A DNA stretch of 63,765 bases, filler included, from Octopus bimaculoides (taxonomy: Eukaryota), in NCBI RefSeq assembly GCF_001194135.2. It is 4 parts of 4 records of this genome, joined end to end, with 100 filler letters (N's around TTAATTAATTAA, not from the genome) between each part and the next. Parts side by side here need not be neighbours in the genome. Positions count along the whole stretch, not along the records: positions 1 to 20,719 come from NC_068984.1; positions 20,820 to 48,510 come from NC_068983.1; 2 more parts are not named here. One strand, written 5' to 3'. Shown here one piece after another: positions 13,362-26,349 of the stretch. The stretch's first letter is position 1. Every line of letters starts with the position of its first letter. Under the pieces are notes generated by a model. The model was given only the letters and a program-made list of their open reading frames with translations, did not search any database and was not told where the DNA came from. A program made the translations under genes and the position numbers.

Positions 13362-13629
13362 GTATGTCTGTCTGTCTGTCAAAAATATTTGTAAGCATAG
13401 CATCCATTGAGGTAGCTGTAGGATTTCCCCTTAAAGGTGATAGTAATATATATGTCCGACCCCCGTAGTTGAATATATTAAAAAAAATCAGATAGACAAA
13501 AGGGAAACCGATGATTACATAGAAAACACATTTGTAAAGCGTACATTTGCATCTTGACACACACAGGTGGTGACAGCCAAAATTTTCATAATACTATTGC
13601 TAGCATGGTGATCCAGAAAGAATCATTGG

Positions 13630-14900
13630 ACATATGTAGGTTCCAAGAAAAAAAGAAATATGGAAGAAGCGTGTCACAAGAGACGTAGTCTACCCTTGCT
13701 TCTCGAAAAACGAAAAGGGCTTCAATATGCTTACAAAGGAACAGTTGGAAGAAACTCTGGCAAAATTGTGGAACGGTGTGTATTTATTTGGCCGGGGTAG
13801 AGCATACAGAAGCACGTGTCTGGTCTTTAAGAGCAAGGACAAGGCAGAAGGATAGGCAAAGTTAGCGAGTCACACACTGTCATGGATTTGCGGCAAAATA
13901 TCTGAACAGTCTAAAATGGACAGAGACATTGTTTGTGACATTGACTCTCGTCTCGTTCTCACTTTACGACGGAGAACGAACAGATGACGAGTCAGAGGGA
14001 ACACAAAGTAACATGTGATCAAGCTGGGGCTGACATGAAACTCCTAATGGCTTCAGAGTTATTTCGTAGCTGTAATTCACTGTGACATGTAAGTTGGAAT
14101 GGGTGGTGGGAAGAAAGAAAAGCAATTAGGCAGGTGGTGCAGTACAGAAAACTCAGTTCTATTAGTGTGATTGTAAGAGCCACTTCAGGGTTTTCTGCCG
14201 AAAAAAGCTGGAAAAGCAGAGGAAGAAAGAAAGCGATGAACAATATCAGAGGCAACTGCAGCAACAATAACAGGCCTCCCAAAATTCTTGTATCTAGAGC
14301 ACCATCAGTCGACGTTTTGAGGACGATAGCCGAAAAAAGAAAAAGAAAAAGAAAACATCTCGTTTCCCAGTGTCTGGAACCAACGAACAGGAAGACGGGG
14401 AAACCCTTCTTAGTAGTACTATTCCGTCGTTGGAAGGCGGTGGGGAAAGAAATGGAGGCTGGAAAAGGATTCTAAATTATCGCAGGAAGCAAAAATAAAA
14501 AGTTTCAGAAAAAATGAAAACCAAAGGTGTTAAGACACATGAAAGAGAGCACCCCCGCAGGATGACGTGAGATGCAGGGTCGTGTGAAGCACCAACGAGA
14601 TCCTGATTGATCTAATGGACGACCAGAAGGAAGACGTAGCGGACGGTGTGCTGACTGAGATAAAAGAGGAAATAGGATTAGAATTCAAAAGACACTCAAA
14701 TTATATATATAATACCGAAACCCAGACCATCAATCTAACATCACCAGAAACAGCCATGTCCGGAGTATGTGGGATGCTTCTTGCTCCATCCAACTCAGAC
14801 GATGCTCATGGACACTTTTGAATATTCCTGTTTCCAGTATCAAGAGGGTAAGGTGATCGGCATCGTGGGCTGGTGGTTGGTTCTGGTACAACCTACGCGG
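13630..14900 (+). mobile_element. Degenerate ORF1 region of an L1/Tx1-like LINE
   Basis: Interrupted frame RDVVYPCFSKNEKGFNMLTKEQLEETLAKLWNGVYLFGRGRAYRSTCLVFKSKDKAE, a decayed zinc knuckle F-Y-*-C-D-C-K-S-H-F-R-V-F-C (CX2CX4HX4C spacing, 14157-14198), and a basic KRKRKRK stretch. GC-richer than the flanks. Confidence 0.5.
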
Positions 14901-15194
14901 AAGCTTCCCATTTGTATGTGGGTCGCCTTCATTTATTATTATTAATGCAATTATGCAACCATGCATCCATCTATCCACACACACACACGCACATCTTGCT
15001 CACGGACACATCTTGTTTAGTTGTATAATATATCTGTGTTAATGTATCAGATTTTAATACCTCATTGCATTTTATGTTCTTTTTTTGTTCCACTCTTCGA
15101 TTTTATATAATTATATGTGTCTACATCACACAACCTGTAAACTCCTTTGTAACACATTTTGCATGAATGAATTGTCAAATAAATAAATAAATAT

Positions 15195-15198
15195 GTTG

Positions 15199-15286
<88 letters not shown>

Positions 15287-15292
15287 CATTAT
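15195..15292. repeat. (TTA)n microsatellite
   Basis: Directly visible. Confidence 0.97.
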
Positions 15293-15560
15293 TCAGTCCT
15301 CTATTTATGTTACGTGCTTTCACTACAGCATATGCAGTCTTTTACTACAGTTTTGTATTTTCTATAGTAGTGAAACTACTCTACGCAATATGTATCCAGT
15401 GCCTAGTAAATGCAATTTTCTGTTTACTGTGCAGATTTGTAAGTCCCGAGGGGATTTTTGGCTTTTATTTGTCTGCATCGTTTGATTTTCAATGTTATTT
15501 TTAGATCAGGGTTATTTTTTATATGTCTCTCTAGATATTATGTTTCTGTTGTAGTAGCCA
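15293..15560 (-). mobile_element. Degenerate 3' end of R4/Dong-type LINE, subfamily Y
   Basis: Similar to 15971-16175; minus frame ...GLTNLHSKQKIAF... resembles GLTNIYNIQKIALL. Confidence 0.5.
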
Positions 15561-15739
15561 TGAAATTTATGTAGTTGTCACTTTTGCTGAAGATTTTTAG
15601 TAAATTTTTTTAATACCTTGTTACGCTTGTTACGCCTACGTGTTTTATTGTGTACGTACACTTCATTGTAGTTGTTAGTATCCGATTTGTAGCCAATCGG
15701 TTCGTATGTATAAGTGAAGACCTGGTGACCAATAAACAA

Positions 15740-15910
15740 TTATTATCATTATTATACTCACAACAGATTAGACTGTTGGAAAAGAAAAATTCCAAACATT
15801 GGGCCCCAAGTAACTTTAGATGTCAAAAACCCTCCTAAGTATCCTAGCTATCCCTAATAACGCTGTTTTCTGGAGCTGTACTAAACTGGGTTTTAAGGCC
15901 TATTTCCTCT
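15740..15910 (-). mobile_element. 3' end of R4/Dong-type LINE, subfamily X
   Basis: Shares ctgttggaaaagaaaaattcc...cctaagtatcctagct...gttttctgga with 1693-1836. Confidence 0.75.
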
Positions 15911-15926
15911 ATCCATCCGTTCGAGG

Positions 15927-15969
<43 letters not shown>

Positions 15970-15970
15970 G

Positions 15971-16175
15971 TTCAGTAGTTTTATTTTTATAACGTGCTTT
16001 CACTTCTATCGAGCGCAGCTGTGTGTGCCTTGGGTATGTGCTGTGGTTTGCTGTGATGCTCTTATGGTTACTGTATTGAAAGTGTTTTGCGTAGGATGTG
16101 TGCAGTGTCCAGTAGTGCAATTTTCTGTATGTTGTATATATTTGTAAGTCCTGGTGTTTTTGTTATGTATTTGTC
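15971..16175 (-). mobile_element. 3' end of R4/Dong-type LINE, subfamily Y
   Basis: Minus translation DKYITKTPGLTNIYNIQKIALLDTAHILRKTLSIQ*, then 3'UTR and (TAA)n. Confidence 0.85.
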
Positions 16176-16403
16176 TATTCAGTAGTCTCGTGCTTTCACT
16201 ACACTACCGAGCGCAACTCTGTGTGCCATGGGTATGTGCTGTGGTTTTTTTGTGGTGCTCTTTCACTGTATTGAAAGTGTTTTACGTAGGATGCGTGCAG
16301 TGCCTTTCTGTATGTTACATATACTCGTAAGTTCTTGTGTCTTTGTTATGTATTTGTCTGAATGTTTTTTTATCATACCTAATGCACCTACTATAACGCG
16401 AAT

Positions 16404-16405
<2 letters not shown>
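16176..16405 (-). mobile_element. 3' end of R4/Dong-type LINE, subfamily Y, head-to-tail with the previous copy
   Basis: Minus translation IVGALGMIKKHSDKYITKTQELTSICNIQKGTARILRKTLSIQ* (ORF 16263..16484). Confidence 0.85.
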
Positions 16406-16481
<76 letters not shown>

Positions 16482-16482
16482 C

Positions 16483-16909
16483 ATGTTTTGCCTTCTTCGC
16501 TTTCATTTGTACGGGCTACACCGAAGTCTCAACAGAGACGTCAAAGACCAGAAAGATTTCGCATCTAAAAATGCAAGCGGGCGAGATGTCGTGCAATTGA
16601 TAATCTGATGTCTGCGTCAAATTAAAAAGAAAAGTATTCCTTCTTATAAAATTTATAATAAAATCGAATGAATAAGATTGTATTTACATGGCGACGAATT
16701 TACGTAAGATATGCGAGGTACCCATAAGTATGATCTGTTGCAATTCACTTATTTTAGGGCTGCCAGAAATTTGGTCAACATATTTGTTGGCTCCTTTTGA
16801 TATTATTCCAAGTGCCTCAATGGCAATAGGTAATGTTGTTTTGAGATACCATATTCTTCTGATTTCTATCTAAAAATCCTTATATTTGCTCAATTTCTCA
16901 AAAGTTTTC

Positions 16910-16910
<1 letters not shown>
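16483..16910 (-). mobile_element. 3' end of R4/Dong-type LINE, subfamily Z
   Basis: Minus translation KTFEKLSKYKDF*IEIRRIWYLKTTLPIAIEALGIISKGANKYVDQISGSPKISELQQIILMGTSHILRKF. The 3'UTR end resembles 34365-34558. Confidence 0.85.
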
Positions 16911-17075
<165 letters not shown>

Positions 17076-19216
17076 TATAGGCCAAAAGGAAGAAAGTAAA
17101 ACCCATAGAGGCAATGCAAAGAAAGAAAGAAATCAAATAACATGAACCAAAGTAAAATCGGAATTTTAAATATTTTNNNNNNNNNNNNNNNNNNNNNNNN
17201 NNNNNNNNNNNNNNNNNNNNNNNNNNNNNNNNNNNNNNNNNNNNNNNNNNNNNNNNNNNNNNNNNNNNNNNNNNNNNNNNNNNNNNNNNNNNNNNNNNNN
17301 NNNNNNNNNNNNNNNNNNNNNNNNNNNNNNNNNNNNNNNNNNNNNNNNNNNNNNNNNNNNNNNNNNNNNNNNNNNNNNNNNNNNNNNNNNNNNNNNNNNN
17401 NNNNNNNNNNNNNNNNNNNNNNNNNNNNNNNNNNNNNNNNNNNNNNNNNNNNNNNNNNNNNNNNNNNNNNNNNNNNNNNNNNNNNNNNNNNNNNNNNNNN
17501 NNNNNNNNNNNNNNNNNNNNNNNNNNNNNNNNNNNNNNNNNNNNNNNNNNNNNNNNNNNNNNNNNNNNNNNNNNNNNNNNNNNNNNNNNNNNNNNNNNNN
17601 NNNNNNNNNNNNNNNNNNNNNNNNNNNNNNNNNNNNNNNNNNNNNNNNNNNNNNNNNNNNNNNNNNNNNNNNNNNNNNNNNNNNNNNNNNNNNNNNNNNN
17701 NNNNNNNNNNNNNNNNNNNNNNNNNNNNNNNNNNNNNNNNNNNNNNNNNNNNNNNNNNNNAACGATATCTAATTGGCAACAGCTAACTAACCCACCAGTA
17801 TATTTTGGAATATTAGTCCGAATAGATTGATCCATAAAATCCCATATAGACTATGAGTAATATAGCTTTCATTAAAAAAAGGGTTCACAATACAATTCAA
17901 AAGTCTGCGTCAAAACATTTTCTCTTTGACCAACCCTGCCTTGTTTTACATCATTGCTAAAAAACAGAAAACAAACAAAAAAAAAAAAAAGGAAAAAAGA
18001 AAGAAAATATATACCGACATTTGTTGAAACTGAATCTGAATAAATCCTCGCCATTATGTCTGACAAGACACTTACAATCAGATAAGTTTCAATGCACTAT
18101 AAATCTTTACTTAATTGGACAACGGTTTCAAAATTTATATCTATCTTCCTCTAACACTTTCAATCAAATGGTGTCTATGTTGTGTGTAGCGTATATCGTA
18201 TCTAGATTTAGCTTCTACTAAGAACTGAAACACGTTAAAATAATCTGTCTGTCTGTTTCTCTATCTGTTTGTCTCATTGTTTGTCAGTTTTGTTTTTGGC
18301 TTTCTGTATTTCTACAGTTGTCAAAGCTGAGTGCTCGCATACTGTACAAAGCCGGTCATTATTGAAACTTATTATCAAGACCTTCTAATATTCCACCTTA
18401 ATTTCAAATTAGGAATCGCATACAAATGTTATCTTGGTGAATAAGGATATCTAATGAGGCATGACTTAAGAAAATTATCAATGTTAAACTATTCCATACA
18501 ATATTAAACTAGTTCATATTGCACTGATTCATGCCGGATTCAGTTAGGACGAAGACAAAATTCTAATGGGTAATCATCTTTTCTATTCACAAAAATATCA
18601 ATTCGTAGATAATTTATGCTAGTTTCTCTAAATTGTATCTACTTGTCTATTTAAATAAATATCTTAAATTTGGATCAATTTCCTAGAAGGTCGCCGTGAA
18701 TGCTACAACATTTATACAATGGAGAAATAAAGCGTTAATATTATCCAAACAAAGTTAGCATTCACTTAAAAATAGACCGACAATTAAAACACCACAGTCT
18801 GTTATATGCAAATTCAAAAACATTTGAAGTCATAGACTCAAGATATTATATATCATCTAACCCTATAGTGTGTGTGTGTGTGTGTATGTATGATTTTTAT
18901 TTATATACTATAAACATATGTATATGTATATATATATATATTTATATAGTGAGTGTATGTGTATGTATATATATGTGCAACAATGACATTATATATATAT
19001 ATAGATCGATAGATACATGACCCAAATACATAATACATATACATTTGCATGTGTATATAATATCTGTATATATCTACATATAAATACATATACACCTAAT
19101 TCTACTACATTTGTTAAGTACTTTTTCTTTTGCATAAGAACTCACACATACCTACATGCATATGTACATACATACGCGCAGATATATATACCTATGTATG
19201 CATGTATAGACACATT

Positions 19217-19326
<110 letters not shown>

Positions 19327-19519
19327 CACACACACATTCATTGAAACATTCAAGATATGCGCACTTCGGCTGAAATATAAATCACAGAAATAAAATTGCA
19401 CCTTTAAGCACATTGCACTGTGATTATGTTAAGAACATACACCCACCGATGCATATATATCTCATAAGCTACATACAGGCGCGCGCGCACACACACATGT
19501 ATTATTTCTAAGGCTATCA

Positions 19520-19698
19520 TTCTTGAGGGGGGAGGTAGAGGTCGATAGCATTAACCCCCAATACTTTAGTCAATCGAGCTCTCAAGGATGAAAGGGGAAG
19601 CTGATATCGGCGGAATTAGAACTCAGAATTTAAAGTGTTGGCATAAGTACGGCGCGGGGAATTTCCAGATGCTTTGATAATCCTGCCAGCTTGCCGCC
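19520..19698 (-). mobile_element. tRNA-derived SINE family A (degenerate)
   Basis: Reverse complement ggcggcaagctggcagga...ttctgagttctaattccgccg matches the family A head (A/B-box-like). Confidence 0.7.
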
Positions 19699-19708
19699 TA
19701 TATATATG

Positions 19709-19763
<55 letters not shown>

Positions 19764-20444
19764 NNNNNNNNNNNNNNNNNNNNNNNNNNNNNNNNNNNNN
19801 NNNNNNNNNNNNNNNNNNNNNNNNNNNNNNNNNNNNNNNNNNNNNNNNNNNNNNNNNNNNNNNNNNNNNNNNNNNNNNNNNNNNNNNNNNNNNNNNNNNN
19901 NNNNNNNNNNNNNNNNNNNNNNNNNNNNNNNNNNNNNNNNNNNNNNNNNNNNNNNNNNNNNNNNNNNNNNNNNNNNNNNNNNNNNNNNNNNNNNNNNNNN
20001 NNNNNNNNNNNNNNNNNNNNNNNNNNNNNNNNNNNNNNNNNNNNNNNNNNNNNNNNNNNNNNNNNNNNNNNNNNNNNNNNNNNNNNNNNNNNNNNNNNNN
20101 NNNNNNNNNNNNNNNNNNNNNNNNNNNNNNNNNNNNNNNNNNNNNNNNNNNNNNNNNNNNNNNNNNNNNNNNNNNNNNNNNNNNNNNNNNNNNNNNNNNN
20201 NNNNNNNNNNNNNNNNNNNNNNNNNNNNNNNNNNNNNNNNNNNNNNNNNNNNNNNNNNNNNNNNNNNNNNNNNNNNNNNNNNNNNNNNNNNNNNNNNNNN
20301 NNNNNNNNNNNNNNNNNNNNNNNNNNNNNNNNNNNNNNNNNNNNNNNNNNNNNNNNNNNNNNNNNNNNNNNNNNNNNNNNNTATATATATATATGCATAT
20401 ATATACATGTATATATATCTACATATGTATATATACGACGTTAT

Positions 20445-20650
20445 GCAAACTGGAATATTCATAATGTGGGAGATGGTTCAAGTTAAGTGACTACATATAT
20501 AGGAATACGAAGACATACATTGATGAACACAAACAGGCAGTCAGACAGGCAGAATATCATCCTCAGTCTCTCTGTATACGTCATTCAAGGTCGCAGAATA
20601 TGTCGTGTGTAGGCACATTGTTATTTGCAATGAGGCTTCGTGTGTAATAA
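20445..20650 (+). mobile_element. Penelope-like GIY-YIG endonuclease relic
   Basis: Frameshifted translation TTYIG.R...IDEHKQAVRQAEYHPQSLC resembles the YIGET.R...EH..IR..EY pattern of PLE endonucleases. Confidence 0.45.
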
Positions 20651-20819
20651 AGGTTTAAATGGCCGAAAAATAATTTAAAGTGTACGTCTACATACATGTA
20701 TATATATATATATATATATNNNNNNNNNNNNNNNNNNNNNNNNNNNNNNNNNNNNNNNNNNNNTTAATTAATTAANNNNNNNNNNNNNNNNNNNNNNNNN
20801 NNNNNNNNNNNNNNNNNNN

Positions 20820-20854
<35 letters not shown>

Positions 20855-23394
20855 CATACATATCTTTATGCACATATTTATATACGTCTATATGCATATA
20901 TACATATACACGTACAATGCTATGTAACAAAAGTTTTCCTGTGCATGTGTAATATAACTACGAGGCATTTATACTAAAGTGCATGCATTATTCTTCAGTA
21001 AAATTCCAATTGTAATTTTTTAATCGCATGGATAATTTCGTACGCCGTGGGAAATAAAGACAATAAACGATAATTCACATTTCCATTCTGTTTTACAATG
21101 TAGATTCTAAATACGTAAACATTTCTTCGGTCATTTTTACTGATTTGTTTATACATATTCCATAAAATTGCTTGCAGATACTTATAATGCAACGAGTCAA
21201 CTTATAAACAACTTACAGTTTTCCATTTCTATAAATATCCCACATTACAAGAGTTTTATTATGTACTGAAGATTGTAATCTTTAACAAATATATTTGCTT
21301 TTGACTTATGATATTCTAGTGGTATATACACAATCCGTCGAGTCTATAGTAACCTTACGTTACTCAGTATTTGGGCAGCAGATATACTAGATAATCCTTT
21401 TATTATTTTATAGCTGAAAATAAAGGGATATATTTGGAGGTGGGCAGTAAAATTGGAAGGATTTTGTTTCCCTGGTTAGTTTAATCATATTTGTAGCATT
21501 TACCAAATATTACCAGGAAATTTCTGGCAGGCAGGTGCCGTAGCATAAAAGCCCGTAATGTGACTCCCAGTCTATACTTATATTAGTATTTTGTCTGAAG
21601 TAATGTAACTCTACACCAATTCTGTCTAGATAAATCAATAGTTGCTTTATATAAGCTAAAAGAATAGCCTTTCAAATGGGCCAAATCCGATGGTATTAAT
21701 GACAAGCATCTTTCTATGGAGTTTACGCTATAATTTAAGCGAATTCTTTAGTAGCAGAGACCGATTTCGAGTTTATATCTTCATATAGGTTTCAAGATTG
21801 TCCAAGTGAGATAAATTCAAAGTAAATTATTGGGAAATCTGCTAATGTCTATTTTGCAACAAGTTTTCGAGACATCGTTTATTTGGATTTTTTCATATTT
21901 GTTTTTATCTTAACTTATTGTATCAATCCTGAGGTTGTGGATGACAGGATAAGTTACTCGGTGTCTAATTTCAATTCTGAGCGTAACGAGTGATAATGTA
22001 AGCGTGATGATGTAATCGTACAATCCAAAATGATTCTGTTTTTACTAATCACCTGTAATCTTCTTGTCTCATATTTACAAATGTGGTGGAAATGCCTCAG
22101 TATTTTGTTTCACTTTTTGTTTTCTTCTTTATTAAACCCTTCTATTGCTGTTATTCCCTCTTGCATCTTTAGAGAAGAAAATAAGTGCCATTTATACGCT
22201 GTGATTGATTATAGGCTTTGCTAATACAGGTTCTGTTTCGATGTTGTTCAAAAGGAAATTTGAAACAATAATTGTTCAGTATGCGTTACAGTGTGCGAAA
22301 TTACTGGAAACATGCATTTTAGCCTATATATGCTTTTCTAGTTGATTCTGATTGGAAAACATGTTGGTACTCTCGTAGGATTTCTATTTCTAAGAAGTTT
22401 ACAAACCAATTGAGGAGGATATGCTACAGTCGATTTAGCCTTCATGCATTGTTTTAGGCTACATCGTTTAGTCTTCACGCATTGTTTTAGTCTATAAATT
22501 ATTCAGTTTTAAAGAAAATTTCCTAAATTCTAATGCGTTTATTTTCCAGTTTACATACTATGAACAAATGATGGAAGTAAAGACCAAACAAGTGAATATT
22601 TTTATTTCGGTCTATATGTCAAGCCGAAATTACAACAATCATTAATTAATGTATAAGTGCATTGATAGAAATGTGAATGTCGCAAAGTTCATTTGTTTTA
22701 CGAGAATCATGTAGAAGTCAAATGAAAAACTGATGCATGTGTTAAATTTCATTTACGTTTCACATACTAAAGTTGTCTGTTGAAAATTCTAAGCAGCTTC
22801 TTTAGAGTCTGACATTCTCGATTACATACATTTCAGAAACATTATAGCTAAAACTCCTTCGACAAAAAGACTCAAATGTTAAAACTTTTCCTTCTTTGCC
22901 AACATTTTCCTTCTCAGCATATTAAAAATCCTGTGCACGTGAAAAATTTCTCATTAGTGTTTATCGAATGACTGCATTTTATCTAATCAAATATGTGCTA
23001 CCTACCATGGTATTAATGTCTATTTTACTATAGCTTAAGGGATTAATAACGATGGAGTTTTTGTTACGATGAGTTAAAATTAAATTACATATATAGAAAT
23101 GAAAATTTATTATTTCCCATAAACAAAACGATAAATAAAACAAATGCATTCTATTTACCACTTACTATCTGTCAGAGCATCATTATAATTATTCCCGGAA
23201 TGATATTTTGAACAGTCATTCTTCTATGTCTGTCCACAGGGATGTTGTTTTTAATTAAACATATAATTTAGGAAAGGTATATGGCGCTCAAAGGATTCAT
23301 TTACTTCTAGAGATTAATCTACATCCTCTTAAAAAAGGATTTATCAGACGCATTTTTTCAGATAGTTTACATGATATGTGTGAGAGAAACGAAG

Positions 23395-23512
23395 GGAAGG
23401 AGAGACAAAGGGAGGGAGGGAGAGCCAAAGGGAGGGAGAGACAAAGGGAGGGAGAGACAAGGGGAGGGAGAGACAAAGGGAGGGAGAGACAAAGGGAGGG
23501 AGAGACAGACAG
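23395..23512. repeat. ~16-bp purine-rich minisatellite (gggagagacaaaggga)n
   Basis: About seven visible imperfect units. Confidence 0.85.
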
Positions 23513-23867
23513 AGACAGCGAGAGTATGTTTTAATTTTCACTACAATACTTTCAATTTACTTGAATTAAAAATAGTTCCGATCGACTCTTCAAAGACTTC
23601 GTCATTAGAATATTTGACGCAGTTGATTTAGTTTGAGGTCTATGGATACCGGAATCGATAGAGCAGTAGCTAAAGTGCACCCGTTAATTTAAGTTTTTGG
23701 TCAAATCTAACGACTGTCAAAATTATATTTCCCCTGTCATCGTTAAAGTACCAATAATTATATTTGCAAATCTCGTACGTTCATGTGATAGGACAATATC
23801 AGCTTACACAGAACAGAGTTGAATTTGACTCATCAGTTAAAATAACTTACTCTTCAACTAGTAGTAT

Positions 23868-24859
23868 TGTTACGAACGCCCACGCGGAGCACCTCAACGA
23901 AGAGAAAACTCGGGCGCGCGAACGTCGACGCTCAGTGAGTCAGGATGTTCGCCACGACTAAGCCCGCCGGAGCACGTAACGATGACAACAACAGAAAGGA
24001 AGAAATAACACAGACCATACGTTGCGTAGTGAAACTAACTTCTTTTCAAAACAAAACAAACATCCATTGCATAACAATAATTCAATAACATAGTACTTGC
24101 TTTTGAAATAACACATGTAACAATAGTTTCCAAGCATTTAGCATTACAAAGGTTTTCAATCATTACATATAATCATAAGTTTACAATAAAAGTTCGTGTC
24201 TCAAAAGTCAATTAAAAGTTATTTTTGCTTCTTTTGCTTTTCTCTTCTTTTAACAACATGTAACAACAAAGTTCTCTCTTTTCTTTTCTGCCAGTTAACA
24301 TCACAGTTAACAAAAATTCTTTCTTATCTTTCTTTTCAACCAGTTAATATCACAATTAATAAGAGTTAACAAAGTTCTTTTGTCTTTCATTTCTCCACAA
24401 AAAAACATATAACAACGCAAGTACACTTTCTTTAAAGAAATATACACAAACCTTCCCCGCAAGAATTTCCTTTCCTTCAAATCTCCCACTACATCGAGAA
24501 GAACTGACCAACGTAGTCTACTACAATCTTTTGCCTGCCACAACAGTTCCATCTCTTTGTCCCCCTCTCTCTTTCAGACACTATCCATTTCTGCTGACTG
24601 GTACCTTCTGACAATAGCCTCTCTCTCTCTCAGTGTCCATCTTGCTTCTCTTCACTCACTGCTGGCCGTCACACACTCGTTCTTCACTGGCTGATCGCTT
24701 GTACATCGACTGCGATTCCATCTGGCTCCTCTACTGGCTGCTGGCCTTTACACCGAGCTCGCGTTCTTCACCCAATGACTTTGTTTACGCCAACTGCGAT
24801 TCCCAAATCTATGCTCCCGTATTTATGAGAGATACCGTACCCAAAAGTGCTACGTTACA
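23868..24859 (-). mobile_element. LTR (992 bp), 3' LTR of an LTR retrotransposon, with adjacent internal remnant to ~25090
   Basis: Termini TGTTACG...CGTTACA form an inverted TGT..ACA pair. On the minus strand the LTR is directly preceded by the polypurine tract GGAGGGGG (24860-24867), and it contains a CATAAATA TATA-like box (~24820). Confidence 0.7.
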
Positions 24860-25459
24860 CCCCCTCCAAACCTGGGTCAGTTTAGTACAGTTCCTAACTT
24901 GTTTTTCTAAACTTTCGATGACCGGAAAGGGTCAGAGATCACACTCCTACGCTAAAAATAACCGTACTTGTTGACAGGACAAAGGAAATAACAATGTTCC
25001 GAACAGCTAGCAAACGGTTTCAAGCACAGCTCGGGGAATAGGGACATAACGTCATTTTGTTTTTCGGCGGTCCGTATCAGTATATTAAATAGTAGCAATA
25101 TTAACTTGCAACCTTCACTTAATCCTCAGGGTAATTCAATAGTCATCTTTTGTGACAGGCTGCTCCTTTATTTCTTAGTTCGTTTACTCACACAGAATTC
25201 TACGAGGGTTCTTTTTACAGCAAAATTCAAAGTTGATTTGAGGCTAGCATGCAAGATGCAGTTTATTATTGTTTGTTGTGTGTGTAACAACTGCGGATAC
25301 ACCATCAGTTGTGTCTGTGTGCACTGCTCGCGGGACATCAATGTAGTCAGTAGAATTACGTTTAACTGTTTTTGTTACGTATATAGCGCATCTAGATATT
25401 AGCTGAATCTATGATGAGGAGAGCTACGCCACCCTTTTTTTTTTGTCATCAGGAAGTAT

Positions 25460-26001
25460 TACTTTCCTGTTCTCTTTATTACCCTCATATTGACTTTGTC
25501 ATTATTTGAAATTGCAAGGTCAATTACCTGGCAGTTTCTATTCTCTTTGTCTACTACTTCTACTAAATCAGGCCGTCTAGCTTCTATTACTCGACCAGTA
25601 TGAATGTTAAAATCCCACATCTTATATTTCTTACTTTCTAACACATTACTAGATTTTGGTTCATACCACTAATCAGTATGGTCAAATCCTAGCTTTCTAC
25701 ATAACTCGCAGTGGACAATTCTCCCTAGATTGTCAGGTCTTTCCTTCTATTTCTTCTGTGCAAGGATATTACAATCACTAACTCGCTGAATACTATATAG
25801 ATACCACTTTCTCCCTTTGATTTAAATAACCTACATTGCACATCAACCTAATTTTTATCTATCTTAGCTTTTATGCGGTCAGTACTCAATGACTGATCTT
25901 GTGCTACGACTAACAAACTTTCTGTCCCCCTTTTCAGCCTTCCTTTGTGCAACCACAAACGTGTCTCGCAAATTCCTTTGGAAATTTTCTTTTGCCAGTT
26001 G
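25460..26001 (-). mobile_element. R4/Dong-type LINE fragment (post-RT region and REL endonuclease)
   Basis: Minus ORFs contain RLWLHKGRLKRGTESLLVVAQDQSLSTDRIKAKIDK and MWDFNIHTGRVIEARRPDLVEVVDKENRNCQVIDLA (RPD motif of REL nucleases). Confidence 0.9.
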
Positions 26002-26334
26002 CATTGTGACCTTATATCGAGATAAACAATGCATGAACTTGGAGGTGTGACCCAGTTAGAATTTTCTTCAGATCGAGTAGCCCATCCCACTCAAAATATC
26101 TCTGAATAAGGGTTGTTTAATGATGCTGAATGAAACAATTATTTTTCCATAGGTGAATTATTCAAACCCCAAAGAATTCTTCTCAACACATGACTATGAT
26201 GCTTTATCACTAATTCTGATCTTGATTAGAGATACAGATACCCTCAACCACAAAGGGACATGCGCAACTGGGTATGGTCAAACAGCTGACATGCAAATCT
26301 TTGGTATTGAGTAGAATATTTGCTGTAACCCATA
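26002..26334 (-). mobile_element. ~550-bp element, copy 2 (partial), abutting the R4/Dong ORF fragment
   Basis: cccagttagaattttcttcagatcgagtagcccatccc...ggtgaattattcaaaccccaaagaattc is shared with copies 1, 3 and 4. Confidence 0.8.
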
Positions 26335-26349
26335 TGTTGTTGTTGCTGT

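Noticed and set aside
20764-20775. TTAATTAATTAA palindrome in the middle of N runs (also 48555-48566 and 55511-55522)
   Set aside because: All three sit in identical 44N+12+44N = 100-nt blocks, and the 12-mer gives stops in all six frames. It is an artificial scaffolding spacer, not biology.
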